Shown piece by piece: positions 1-9,442 of a stretch of DNA of 64,000 nucleotides. Every line of letters begins with the position of its first letter. Within the stretch, counting starts at the first letter, position 1. The DNA comes from Nitrososphaeria archaeon (lineage in GTDB: Archaea; Thermoproteota; Nitrososphaeria; JACIWG01). The stretch lies in the NCBI GenBank assembly GCA_963760525.1, contig CAVXDT010000009.1, positions 15,611 through 79,610 on the forward strand. Direction: 5' to 3'. Made by a program: the position numbers and the translations under genes. The notes under the pieces are model-generated. The model was given only the letters and a program-made list of their open reading frames with translations. It made no database searches and was not told the DNA's origin.

Positions 1-20
1 TTATGTAAAGGTGCGACCAA

Positions 21-1166
21 TTGGGAGTGAGATTTAATGCTGCTACCGTTTCAGAGCCAAATGTAATAGAGGTTAGAGAATACAATAAACCTGAGTTGGC
101 TTCACAAGATTGGTTGCTTAAAGTCAAAATGGTTGGAATCTGTGGGACAGACCACCATATGATAAGCAGTAGGAAGCCCTTTCCATGGGAAGAAACTATC
201 TATCCTTTTATTCCAGGCCACGAGTTTGTAGGTGAAATAGAGGAGACGGGATCAGATTTTAGCGGAGTTGACGCACAAGGTCTCCCACTGAAAAAAGGAG
301 ACTATGTTACAGCTCGCCCTATAGGCAAAGATAGTGTCCCCTGTGGGAAATGCTATTACTGTATGAATGGCATGCCTATGTTCTGCCCAGCTCGTGTTCC
401 CATAAACCATCCAATGCTTCTTAGAGGTTTTCAAAGAGCTTATGCCGAGTGTAGGTACATGCATAGTTCTGAAACCATCTATAAACTTCCTGAAGACATG
501 CCTTCGGAGGTTGCCGTGCTCACTGAACCGTTAGCCGTTGCAATACATGCTTTTGAGAGGGCTTCGGATACTGGAAGCTCTTGGCTGTTTCGGGGAATGG
601 GCCCAGGCAAGACAGTTGTAATACAGGGATCTGGCACAATAGGGATTCTGCTGACGATAATGGCTAAAATTCTGGGTGCATGGAAGATTATCGTCGTAGG
701 CGCTCCAGATAACAGGCTAGCCCTATGCCGGGAATTCGGAGCAGACGAGACAATAAGCATAGAAAGACTTTCTACCCCTGAAGAAAGAACTAAAGCTGTC
801 AAAGAGTTGACGAGCTACAAGGCGGGCGCAGACGTTGTGATAGAGGCGGCTGGTGTCCCAAACGCTTTCGTGGAAGCCCTTGAGATGGTAAGGTCCCGCG
901 GAACCATTGTTGAAGTGGGACATTTTACGGATAGGGGGACTGCTCCAATTAATCCCTTCCAATTCTGCGCGAAAGCAATCAACATATTCGGTGTGTGGGG
1001 AGGAGGGCCTGGAGGCTTTCTATGGGCGGAAAGGATTCTAGAGCGAAACTGGCATACAATACCATTTCAGAAGATAGTCACTCATAAGTTTCCCTTGGCC
1101 AAAGTTAAGGAAGCTCTTGAAATATCCAGAAAGCTTGAAAGCATGAAAACCGTGCTAATGCCATAG
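21..1166 (+). CDS. Zn-dependent alcohol/polyol dehydrogenase (MDR family)
   Basis: CGTD catalytic Zn Cys, GHE motif, structural Zn CGKCYYC...C, GSGTIG nucleotide-binding loop; TTG start. Confidence 0.9.
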   Translation: MGVRFNAATVSEPNVIEVREYNKPELASQDWLLKVKMVGICGTDHHMISSRKPFPWEETIYPFIPGHEFVGEIEETGSDFSGVDAQGLPLKKGDYVTARPIGKDSVPCGKCYYCMNGMPMFCPARVPINHPMLLRGFQRAYAECRYMHSSETIYKLPEDMPSEVAVLTEPLAVAIHAFERASDTGSSWLFRGMGPGKTVVIQGSGTIGILLTIMAKILGAWKIIVVGAPDNRLALCREFGADETISIERLSTPEERTKAVKELTSYKAGADVVIEAAGVPNAFVEALEMVRSRGTIVEVGHFTDRGTAPINPFQFCAKAINIFGVWGGGPGGFLWAERILERNWHTIPFQKIVTHKFPLAKVKEALEISRKLESMKTVLMP

Positions 1167-1346
1167 AATAGATTGCGGCATCTCTTCCGAAAAATAGAGT
1201 ACCTATTAAAGAAGAAATTCCGTTAATCTGGTTTCTCTTTGACCGTATCTTTCTAAGGAACAAACACATCAATCCTGTCGCCGCTTCCGCACAACATACA
1301 ACAAGTCTTGTAAAAGTTAAATACGTGCAATAGGGTGTTTCAATAG

Positions 1347-2020
1347 ATGAAACGATTAGTCTCAGTGGGATTAATGATGCTGCTTGCTAGCTATCGCACT
1401 AATACCTCATGTCACAGCAGCATCCGACTCCAACGTAATTGGCGTTGTGACTCAAACGGATGGCCACTACGAAATGCCGATGAAGTGAACTGCGAATGGA
1501 ACACATTTATCTGGGATAATGCCGAAAACTTTTCCACCTCTGCCTGGAACACAATGGGCTTATGAAGTAGTTTCAGTCACCGTACCATATAACTCGGTAG
1601 TAGACATCTACATGACAGACGTATTGCTAAAAGGTGACGTCTTTGAGATTTACGAAGTCAATGGGGTAGCTGCTACACACTCTATTCTGATCGGTACAAC
1701 ACCATGGGTGCCTCAAGGGCCAAACCCTGACCCGACAATGACTAGTAATCCTGATGTCGCTTGGAATGACCCAACTTATAGTCATGGCAAGTTCACATGG
1801 TCTCTGAGCGCTGGAACACACTACTTCGCCATCAGAGCAGCAACCAGCCCGTGGGGAATTGGTGGCGCGTACATCAAGTTCTGTCCAGAAACCGCTATCT
1901 CCTGTCGGAGGCAACCTTCTACCCAGAAGTAGCTCTGTTATATCGGTTGTCGCGCTGTTCGGAGCTATTGGCGTTGTAGTAGTCGTAGTCGGTTCCAGAA
2001 AGAAGAAACGCGTACTCTAA
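1347..2020 (+). CDS. Exported cell-surface protein with C-terminal PVGG-TM-basic tail (interrupted by several frameshifts)
   Basis: Signal-peptide-like MKRLVSVGLMMLL; body in ORF 1519..1932; frame from 1901 reads PVGGNLLPRSSSVISVVALFGAIGVVVVVVGSRKKKRVL* (TAA 2018-2020); TATA-like GTTAAATA upstream, T tract downstream. Confidence 0.7.
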
Positions 2021-2032
2021 CAAGCCCACTAC

Positions 2033-2047
2033 TTTTTTCTTTTTTTT
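2033..2047 (+). terminator. Archaeal oligo-T terminator
   Basis: TTTTTTCTTTTTTTT starting 13 nt after the TAA at 2020. Confidence 0.6.
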
Positions 2048-2143
2048 CTCACATATTCGTCGCCAAGCTGTAGAGCTTATGGAATTCAACCGACTTCTAT
2101 CTGCCCAAAAATCTTAAATAATAAGTCGCCAATTGCATACCAA

Positions 2144-3003
2144 GTGCTTGCCATTAACAATTCAAAGATTCTCATAATTGGATTGGGACAAATGGGCAAT
2201 GACGACGCAGAATACCTATCATCTAGGGGAATAATGGCTGACGGATGGGATAATGATGAAAAAGCAGTTTGGCAAGCTGTAGATAGAGGGGTAATATCCC
2301 AAAAAGCTAAATCTTTTTCTGGATATGATTATTACTTGATCTGTATTCCAACGAATGACCCAAAAAACATCTTTGAACCTTCACTAAATGACCTTTTTAA
2401 AATAGTTGAAAGGTTATCTCGACAAGGTAAGACAGGTGCGTTGATAGGAATTGAAAGCACTGTAATGAAGGGAACATCAAATAAAGTCAAAGAAATTCTA
2501 AGACACAGGTTACATGTAGCATATTTTCCACATAGGTATTATGTCCGTGAGAAGGAGAATCATAGGATCAAGGACAGACAAGAGTTTTAGGAGGATGTGA
2601 GCCATGCTGCCTTAACGCTGCATTACATTTCTACGGCGAAATGCTAGAGATTCCTATCCATCCAGTTAGTTCTGTTGACTATGCTGAACTTAGCAAATTA
2701 GTTGAGAACGCATACAGATTTATGGAAATTGCTTTTGCAGAGGAAATAAAAATGGTTTGTGATGAACACGGTCTAGAATTTGAAGAGTTGAGGAGAGCAA
2801 TAAACTCCATGTGGAATGTAAGGTTGCTCGAAGCTAAGGAAGGCATAGGGGGACACTGCTTGCCAAAAGACAGCCAAATGTATTTGGATCTATCCAACTC
2901 CTTCTTGGGAATCAGCCTCGTTGATTCAGCGAAGAAGATAGACTTTCAATATAGATTGCACTTGTGGGAGAAGAATACTATGAAGAACATTCGACCTCTG
3001 TAA
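2144..3003 (+). CDS. UDP-glucose/GDP-mannose dehydrogenase-like protein, short form (frameshift near 2570-2590)
   Basis: GLGQMG Rossmann, IESTV, AELSKLVENAYR, catalytic GIGGHCLPKD; frame of 2641 ORF extends upstream as TRVLGGCEPCC. Confidence 0.8.
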
Positions 3004-3087
3004 CATTACTACAATAACCAGCCTAAGAAATTCTTTATTTATTGTTTCATTTATAAGGATAAATAAAGCCTCTGCAAACATGAGAAT

Positions 3088-5637
3088 ATGCAATTGGATG
3101 GTATGAAATTTGGGAGAATAAAGAAAGTCGAAAGCATCTCAAAAGTTTCAAATAAAATAATTTTTAAATGCAAAACAAATAGAGGAAATGAAGCTGAAGT
3201 CAGGCTCACCGTTTTTGATGATGGTATTTTAAGAATTCAAATGATGCCTAAACCTGCACTCGAAAAAGAGAAGGCACTTCTGGAAATAATGGAGCCGAGA
3301 GCTCTGAAACACTTTGAATTCAAGGAGGAAGCGGGCTCAGCAAGGATAACAGCAGACTCCTTGGTGATCACTGTCCGGAAGGACCCTTGGAATCTTTCGA
3401 TAGCTGACAAGTCAGGCACAACTGTATTTGCTGAGAACTCCGAAGATATTAATACTCACGCTGTTAGGACGACTCTCCCACTTGGATACTTTGAAGACAA
3501 GGAAGGCAATGTCGCAGGTGTCAACGATTCTTTCACTCTCTCTGCAGACGAACACTTCTACGGTTTAGGCGAGAAATTCACGGAGTTAGATAAGAAGGGA
3601 AGAACAATTGTATGCTGGAACATCAATCCATTCGGAGTGGGGACGGAGGAAGCGTACAAGAACATTCCGTTTGTCATAAGCACGCGAGGCTATGGCATAT
3701 TTCTAAATTCTACTTACAGGAGTGAATGGAAGCTCGGAAGCGAGTCCAACATGTCATACACCATATTCACCGAAGATCCAAAACTGGACTTGTTCCTCAT
3801 TTACGGGCCACAATTGAAGAAAGTTCTTTCCAAATATAGTGAAATAACCGGAAAACCTAGTATGCCACCGCTTTGGTCGCTGGGTGCTTGGTACACCGTC
3901 CACATATGGGACGATGTCAGAGAACTTGAGGAACTATGCAAGAAATTTAGTGAACATGATTTGCTTTCTAACTTGATCATGATCGAGTGGGATTTTAGGT
4001 TATGGATGGGTGATGTCAAAGAGAGAGGACCATTAGAATGGAACAATCAAAGTATACCCGTATTAAAGGAAATAGTTGGAATCCTGGAGAAATATGATAA
4101 GAAGTTAATACTGTGCGAGTCACCATACGTTGATAGAAGCAGTGAAACTTTCGAAATATTGAAGCAAAGAGGTTTCCTTGTGAAAGACAGCAATGGCTCA
4201 ATTCTGATAGAACATCTTGGATACAAGTATGTGAAGGGATTGGACCAGCTGAAACAAGATAAGACGAAGGCGTTAGGCGTCGGAGACATAGTAAAGGATT
4301 CGGAGAAACTAGAAGCTCAAGGTATGGTGTCAAACAGGTTTGAGGAAGATTGGAGGGAGAGACACGTCAAGGAATTCTATACTCCTGTAGGCTTCTTCGA
4401 TTTCACAAACCCCGATGCTGTCATCTGGTGGAAAGACATGCATAAGAAACTAATAAACATCGGAGTACAAGCATATTTCTGTGATTTCGGAGAGGACATA
4501 CCAGTTTACGCGTCCTTCCACAATGGGAAAACGGGAAAAGAAATGCACAATATCTACCAGCTGCTCTATCAGAAAGCTACGTACGAATGCTTCGAGGAAA
4601 CTGGAAAGGAAGGAATCTTATGTAACAGGTCCGGATATGCTGGCTCACAGAAATACCCCATACATTGGTCAGGCGATCCAGCAAGCACTTTCCTGGACAT
4701 GGTGGCGAACATTAGAGCAGGACAAAGCCTGGGAATGTCTGGAGTCCCATTCTGGAGCCACGACACTGGAGGATTCAAGGGATTTCCAACCCCGGAACTC
4801 TTCATTCGCTGGCTACAGTTCAGCATATTCTCACCATTCATCAGATTCCATGGAGCCTTAGAGAAAAAAGGAGATGGCCCAAGACTACCATGGCACTATG
4901 ACAGCAAGACCGTCAAGACTACAAGTACACTACTTAAGTTAAGGTACAACCTAATCCCATATCTGTACTCTTACATTTATGATGCGACAAGGACGGGATT
5001 GCCCATCATGAGACCGATGGCTCTGGAATTTCAGGATGACCCGAGCACACATACTATTGACACACAATACATGTTCGGAAGCGAGATATTAGTCGCACCG
5101 ATTATTCAAGAGTCAAGAGATGGCTCTGGAACAAGCTCTCGTTCCATTTACCTGCCTAAGGGAAAATGGGTAGATTACTGGAATAATGCGATATTGGAAG
5201 GACCCACGAATATCACGTACAAAGCGGAACAGGACAAGATTCCATTGTTTATCAGGATGAATTCCATAATTCCCACATTCTCTGAAAAATGCAGCCTTAG
5301 GGAATCTTCATTCAATAATTTAGTTCTCAAGTGCTATGTTGAAGATAAGGCACGCTTTTCGCTTTATGACAGTAAGAAAGTGACTGAGATAGGGTGCATG
5401 AACAAAAAGGATATGATCATCTTAGACATAGGTCCATCTGAGAGAACATATACTATCGTGCTCAATTCTCCTCATTTTGCTCCTTCAACGGTAGAGATAA
5501 ACAAAGAAACCTTGGAAAAAGCTAGGGACCTTACGAATTTGGAGAGCAAGAGTGTCGGATGGTGCCTCAACGATAAAGACCTTATAGTGAAGTTTCACAC
5601 GAATGGCAAGAGTTGTTTGATAACGATTCACAAATAA
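3088..5637 (+). CDS. Glycoside hydrolase family 31 (YicI alpha-xylosidase-like)
   Basis: YGLGE, YKNIPF, DFTNP, nucleophile CDFGE, acid/base WSGD, WSHDTGGF, GLPIMRPM. Confidence 0.92.
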   Translation: MQLDGMKFGRIKKVESISKVSNKIIFKCKTNRGNEAEVRLTVFDDGILRIQMMPKPALEKEKALLEIMEPRALKHFEFKEEAGSARITADSLVITVRKDPWNLSIADKSGTTVFAENSEDINTHAVRTTLPLGYFEDKEGNVAGVNDSFTLSADEHFYGLGEKFTELDKKGRTIVCWNINPFGVGTEEAYKNIPFVISTRGYGIFLNSTYRSEWKLGSESNMSYTIFTEDPKLDLFLIYGPQLKKVLSKYSEITGKPSMPPLWSLGAWYTVHIWDDVRELEELCKKFSEHDLLSNLIMIEWDFRLWMGDVKERGPLEWNNQSIPVLKEIVGILEKYDKKLILCESPYVDRSSETFEILKQRGFLVKDSNGSILIEHLGYKYVKGLDQLKQDKTKALGVGDIVKDSEKLEAQGMVSNRFEEDWRERHVKEFYTPVGFFDFTNPDAVIWWKDMHKKLINIGVQAYFCDFGEDIPVYASFHNGKTGKEMHNIYQLLYQKATYECFEETGKEGILCNRSGYAGSQKYPIHWSGDPASTFLDMVANIRAGQSLGMSGVPFWSHDTGGFKGFPTPELFIRWLQFSIFSPFIRFHGALEKKGDGPRLPWHYDSKTVKTTSTLLKLRYNLIPYLYSYIYDATRTGLPIMRPMALEFQDDPSTHTIDTQYMFGSEILVAPIIQESRDGSGTSSRSIYLPKGKWVDYWNNAILEGPTNITYKAEQDKIPLFIRMNSIIPTFSEKCSLRESSFNNLVLKCYVEDKARFSLYDSKKVTEIGCMNKKDMIILDIGPSERTYTIVLNSPHFAPSTVEINKETLEKARDLTNLESKSVGWCLNDKDLIVKFHTNGKSCLITIHK

Positions 5638-5742
5638 GCAGCGATACAGTAAGATGATATCCAGTAGTAAGACACTATTCACAATCTACGATGCATACGA
5701 GCACATGTTGCGTAATATGCGGGTGTACCTGCACTACGTGAT

Positions 5743-7122
5743 CTAAACCTTTAAACCTGACTCTGCGAGTTCTTTCTCAACTCTACTCCGGATTTCAAGG
5801 AACTCATTGCTGGGAGTTCTGGAGCGCAGGTCAAAACATTCGAGAATACTCCTTCCTTTGGGTGGGTTGCTGAGTCTATCCTTATACTTCATATGGAGTT
5901 GCCCTATGATCTTGTTCGCTTCTTCTCTCCTTAATCTCGAGCTCACTGCTGCTTTGGCAACATCGATCATCCATAGTGCTTCTGTAGGCGTCTGCACATT
6001 GTTCCATCTGGGAACCGACGTTGTACACGTGTGCAGCGCGATATTTGCACCGTCTCCGACAAGAGCAATCGTCTTAGCAGCCACCTCTTGCAGGCACATG
6101 TCCGTACATGGACCAGCGTAATGCGTTATGTATTGCAGCAAAGGAAGCTCGGTGTTCCGAATTAGAGCTTGTATTGCCACACTCCTTGCCCAGACGACTT
6201 CCCTCTCCCTGTCCTTGTTCATCCAAATGTTCCATACATCCGTACTTCCAAAATTAGGACGATAGGCCAGAAGCCCGTTAATCTGCGCTGAAACCGCCCC
6301 TATAGCGCCACCCTCAGGTTCGCCTGAGTAACCACCTATACCTGCTGGTAAACCACCACCAACAATATTACAACCGTATTCTTGGGCTACAACTGAGGCT
6401 GTCAAGTACTCATATTCTAATTTTTGTCCGTTGAGTGGATTAAGGCTGACACCGTCATTGTGTCGGATACCATACTCTGGCTCAAGTATAGAAGTTATCG
6501 TCGCAGCTTTTGGTGAAATAGGATAGGCAAGAATTCCCATTCCAGGTCGCCCAGCTTTTCTCACTCCTTCTTTAAGCCACCCCACTTGCCTCCTGACCCC
6601 GTAGACCTCGAGAGGTAACCCCCAAATCTGATGCCCCTCTATTGTTGGGAAATTGCATCCTTCAATGATGTAGGCTTCAGGGATCATCGCGACGGCCTTA
6701 ATCAATTCTGGAATTATGTTTTCATTGTATGGCGCATGGAAACCGGGACAAATCCCTGGTGGACGCGAGTCTTCGATATTCCTCTTGATGAACCTTCTTT
6801 GATCCCGTCCCTCTCCGAAGACCACTTCATTCCTTATATTTCTTAGGTAAGTTCTGATCTCCTCTTCTGTCCACTTAATTATCCTGTTCGTTGTTACGCA
6901 GTAACCTCCTGTTTCCAGCAAAAGCTCTATTCCAGCTTCAAACACGGAGTCAGCCATACCATCATCCAAGTTGATGAAGATGTTCGGATTCTTTGGAGAT
7001 TGTATCTTAGGATACCTTTTTCTAACCTCTTCAGTCTTCCTGAAGTACATAAAGTCGAATTCCTTTTCAGTCACTTTTTCTCCGGACTTCGCCCTTTCTA
7101 AGACATCTAACATATCCAGCAC
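5743..7122 (-). CDS. mtmB: Monomethylamine methyltransferase MtmB homologue, pyrrolysine-free
   Basis: About 460 aa; MADSVFEAGIELLLETGGYC, AGRPGMG, GGYSGEPEG, AGPCTDMCL; no in-frame TAG. Confidence 0.85.
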   Translation of the reverse strand: MLDMLDVLERAKSGEKVTEKEFDFMYFRKTEEVRKRYPKIQSPKNPNIFINLDDGMADSVFEAGIELLLETGGYCVTTNRIIKWTEEEIRTYLRNIRNEVVFGEGRDQRRFIKRNIEDSRPPGICPGFHAPYNENIIPELIKAVAMIPEAYIIEGCNFPTIEGHQIWGLPLEVYGVRRQVGWLKEGVRKAGRPGMGILAYPISPKAATITSILEPEYGIRHNDGVSLNPLNGQKLEYEYLTASVVAQEYGCNIVGGGLPAGIGGYSGEPEGGAIGAVSAQINGLLAYRPNFGSTDVWNIWMNKDREREVVWARSVAIQALIRNTELPLLQYITHYAGPCTDMCLQEVAAKTIALVGDGANIALHTCTTSVPRWNNVQTPTEALWMIDVAKAAVSSRLRREEANKIIGQLHMKYKDRLSNPPKGRSILECFDLRSRTPSNEFLEIRSRVEKELAESGLKV

Positions 7123-7126
7123 AAAA

Positions 7127-7819
7127 TCACCTTTTTGATTTGCTCTCTACTAGTCTCTTGATGACTTCTACTGCTTCAACCGCGTCCTTGCCATACCCGT
7201 CTGCACCTATCTCTTTAGCCCATTCGGGGTATACGCTTCCTCCCCCGATAACGACTTTGGATTTTCCTTTGAGACCTCTACGCTTAATCTCTTCTATTAG
7301 TTCCCTTTGAGCGGGCATAGTTATGGTCATCAGCGCTGAAGCAGCTATAACGTCAGCTTCGACTTCCAACGCCTTTTCTATGAACCTCTCTGGTGAGACA
7401 TCCTTCCCGATGTCGTGGACTTCGAACCCTGCAGCTATAAGGAGGGCTGCAACGATGTTCTTGCCAATGTCATGTATGTCGCCTTCAACGGTTCCTATCA
7501 CGACTGTTCCGTGTTTAGCCAGCTTAGCTTTTTCTTTAGGTATGGCTTTCTCTAATATTCTGAGCGCTTCTGTCATCGCGTCACCTGCCATAACTAAGTG
7601 TGGCAGGAATGCTTCGCCTTTTTGAAACTTCTCACCTACCTTACGAACACCCTTGGCTGCTCCTTCCTCTATGGCCAGTATTGGGTCGACCCCCGCCTTC
7701 AAAGCTTTCTTGGCAGCTTCCCTTGCGGCCTCCACGTCACAATTTTCAACTGCCTGCTCCAAATCTCTTAGAATAGACGCCACAATCTTTTCCTCCAAGA
7801 CCATTATTTCTTTGCCCAC
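7127..7819 (-). CDS. Methyltransferase cognate corrinoid protein (MtbC/MttC type)
   Basis: B12-binding GDIHDIGKNIV, SALMT, IGGG; N-terminal cap FLPHLVMAG. Confidence 0.93.
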   Translation of the reverse strand: MGKEIMVLEEKIVASILRDLEQAVENCDVEAAREAAKKALKAGVDPILAIEEGAAKGVRKVGEKFQKGEAFLPHLVMAGDAMTEALRILEKAIPKEKAKLAKHGTVVIGTVEGDIHDIGKNIVAALLIAAGFEVHDIGKDVSPERFIEKALEVEADVIAASALMTITMPAQRELIEEIKRRGLKGKSKVVIGGGSVYPEWAKEIGADGYGKDAVEAVEVIKRLVESKSKR

Positions 7820-7856
7820 CTTATTAATTTTTTACCTTAAGATACAGTGACGTTAT

Positions 7857-9302
7857 CTAGCTTTTCAGTTCCCTTTCCTTAATCTCCTTAACTATTCGTT
7901 CTAACTTAGCTTCAACATCCTTTTCCAGAGGCGTCGGTTGATATTCTCTTAGGATCCTTCGAACCTCTTCTCTTGCCACATCTTTCAATTCTTTTGCGCC
8001 AGCCCTCTTCCATTCGTCTCTTGATCTTCTATCACTGAGCTTTGGGAAATACTGCTCAGATTTCAGATATTCTATGGTATGTTTCTGTCCCAAGAATTGT
8101 CCGCCAGGCCCGACCGATTCTATTATCTTGGTCGCCAGAGTCGCTTCGTTTACATCGATTCCGTCAAGGGCTCTGTAAGCCATCCCGCATATTTCGTGGT
8201 CTATGACTAAGCTCTCATAGCTGACCGTTAACGCGTATTCTATCGTTCCCGGATACCATATATAGTTCACGCCAGCCAAAGCTGCCATAAATAGGGTTAT
8301 GGCTTTCTCGTATCCCGCTTGAATATCGAGAACCTTGGATTCCGTATCACTCGCGGTTCCGCGGGAAGGCACTCCGTAATATCGAGCTAGCTGGGCTGTT
8401 GCCACGTTGAACAATCCAGCTTCCACAGCGCCCTTCGCAATTATTCCAGAGCGCATATCCATGATTGTGCTCGCAGTTCCGTAAAATACGGGCGTGCCAG
8501 GATTCACAAGCTGTGCAACAGTAATTCCACTTAAGATCTCAGCGTTTTGGATCACAAGTGAGCCCGCCAAGGTCACCGGTGCGGTGGCACCTGCCTGCAC
8601 CTCAGAAGTGATATCAACGGGCAACCCATGTTTAGCATATTCTATCAGGCCTTCAGTCTGTCCTTCCTGTAGCTGCAATGGCGCGACGGTGTTGCATGTT
8701 GTGAAGATGTTGGGTTTTTTTCTAAGGTCTTCTATTTCACAGCCTGCTAGAGCTGAGGCCATCCTGATGCAGTCTCGGGCCTTAGCCTTATCTCGACCAG
8801 TTCCTTTAACAACTTTCTCTGAGCTCTTGACGCTCGTCAAGTACGCATACGCATGAACCACTTGATCGGGTACACCCTCTATGTGAGGCATCATCACTCC
8901 ACTATGGGGTAGCTTGTAATATTCGAGGGCACTCGCGATCCTGGTGAGGTTTGCCACATCGTCGAGCGTAGTTCTTCTTTTCTCACCGGAATCTAGGTCG
9001 ATGATGTTTATCCGCCCTATCATAGGACCGAAGTAAACTTTATCAGGTTCTATCTTCACGTTGTTTATCGGGTTTCTGGCATAAAGGACGAATTCGCTCG
9101 GCGCTTTTCCCACGCTTTCTTCCACCAAATGCGATGGCATCTTGACAAGTTTACTCTTCTCATCCACATACGCTCCAGCATCTTTGAGTAAACTGACTGC
9201 TGATGGCGAATAAACTTTGATGCCCACCCTCTCTAGAACATCTAAGGTGGACCGATGGATGTCATAGATCAGATCCTTGGACAGGATTTCATATCTACGC
9301 AA
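7857..9302 (-). CDS. Trimethylamine methyltransferase (MttB/MtgB superfamily), pyrrolysine-free
   Basis: GATAPVTLAG, QNAEILSG, QLVNPGTPV, SKVLDIQAGYEK, VGPGGQFL; no in-frame TAG. Confidence 0.9.
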   Translation of the reverse strand: MRRYEILSKDLIYDIHRSTLDVLERVGIKVYSPSAVSLLKDAGAYVDEKSKLVKMPSHLVEESVGKAPSEFVLYARNPINNVKIEPDKVYFGPMIGRINIIDLDSGEKRRTTLDDVANLTRIASALEYYKLPHSGVMMPHIEGVPDQVVHAYAYLTSVKSSEKVVKGTGRDKAKARDCIRMASALAGCEIEDLRKKPNIFTTCNTVAPLQLQEGQTEGLIEYAKHGLPVDITSEVQAGATAPVTLAGSLVIQNAEILSGITVAQLVNPGTPVFYGTASTIMDMRSGIIAKGAVEAGLFNVATAQLARYYGVPSRGTASDTESKVLDIQAGYEKAITLFMAALAGVNYIWYPGTIEYALTVSYESLVIDHEICGMAYRALDGIDVNEATLATKIIESVGPGGQFLGQKHTIEYLKSEQYFPKLSDRRSRDEWKRAGAKELKDVAREEVRRILREYQPTPLEKDVEAKLERIVKEIKERELKS

Positions 9303-9341
9303 TTCTTAAGCCTCCTTATCAGCGCACTTATCGTTTTCTTT

Positions 9342-9407
9342 GCTTAAAAAATTATTCCTGCTGAGAATAGACCATGACATCTTACGTGATGTGTAAAACT
9401 TTAATAT
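9342..9407. promoter_or_regulatory. Divergent promoter pair with central imperfect palindrome
   Basis: Minus-strand TTTTTAAG near 9342-9350, plus-strand AAAACTTTAATA near 9395-9406, and ACATC-ttacgt-GATGT at 9377-9392 between them. Confidence 0.45.
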
Positions 9408-9442
9408 CATGTCCCTAATTTGCTTTCAATGAGGTATTCCAG

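Noticed and set aside
5743-9302. Pyrrolysine (TAG) read-through in methyltransferases
   Set aside because: Both ORFs are uninterrupted; the Pyl-equivalent codons are CTT and GAT
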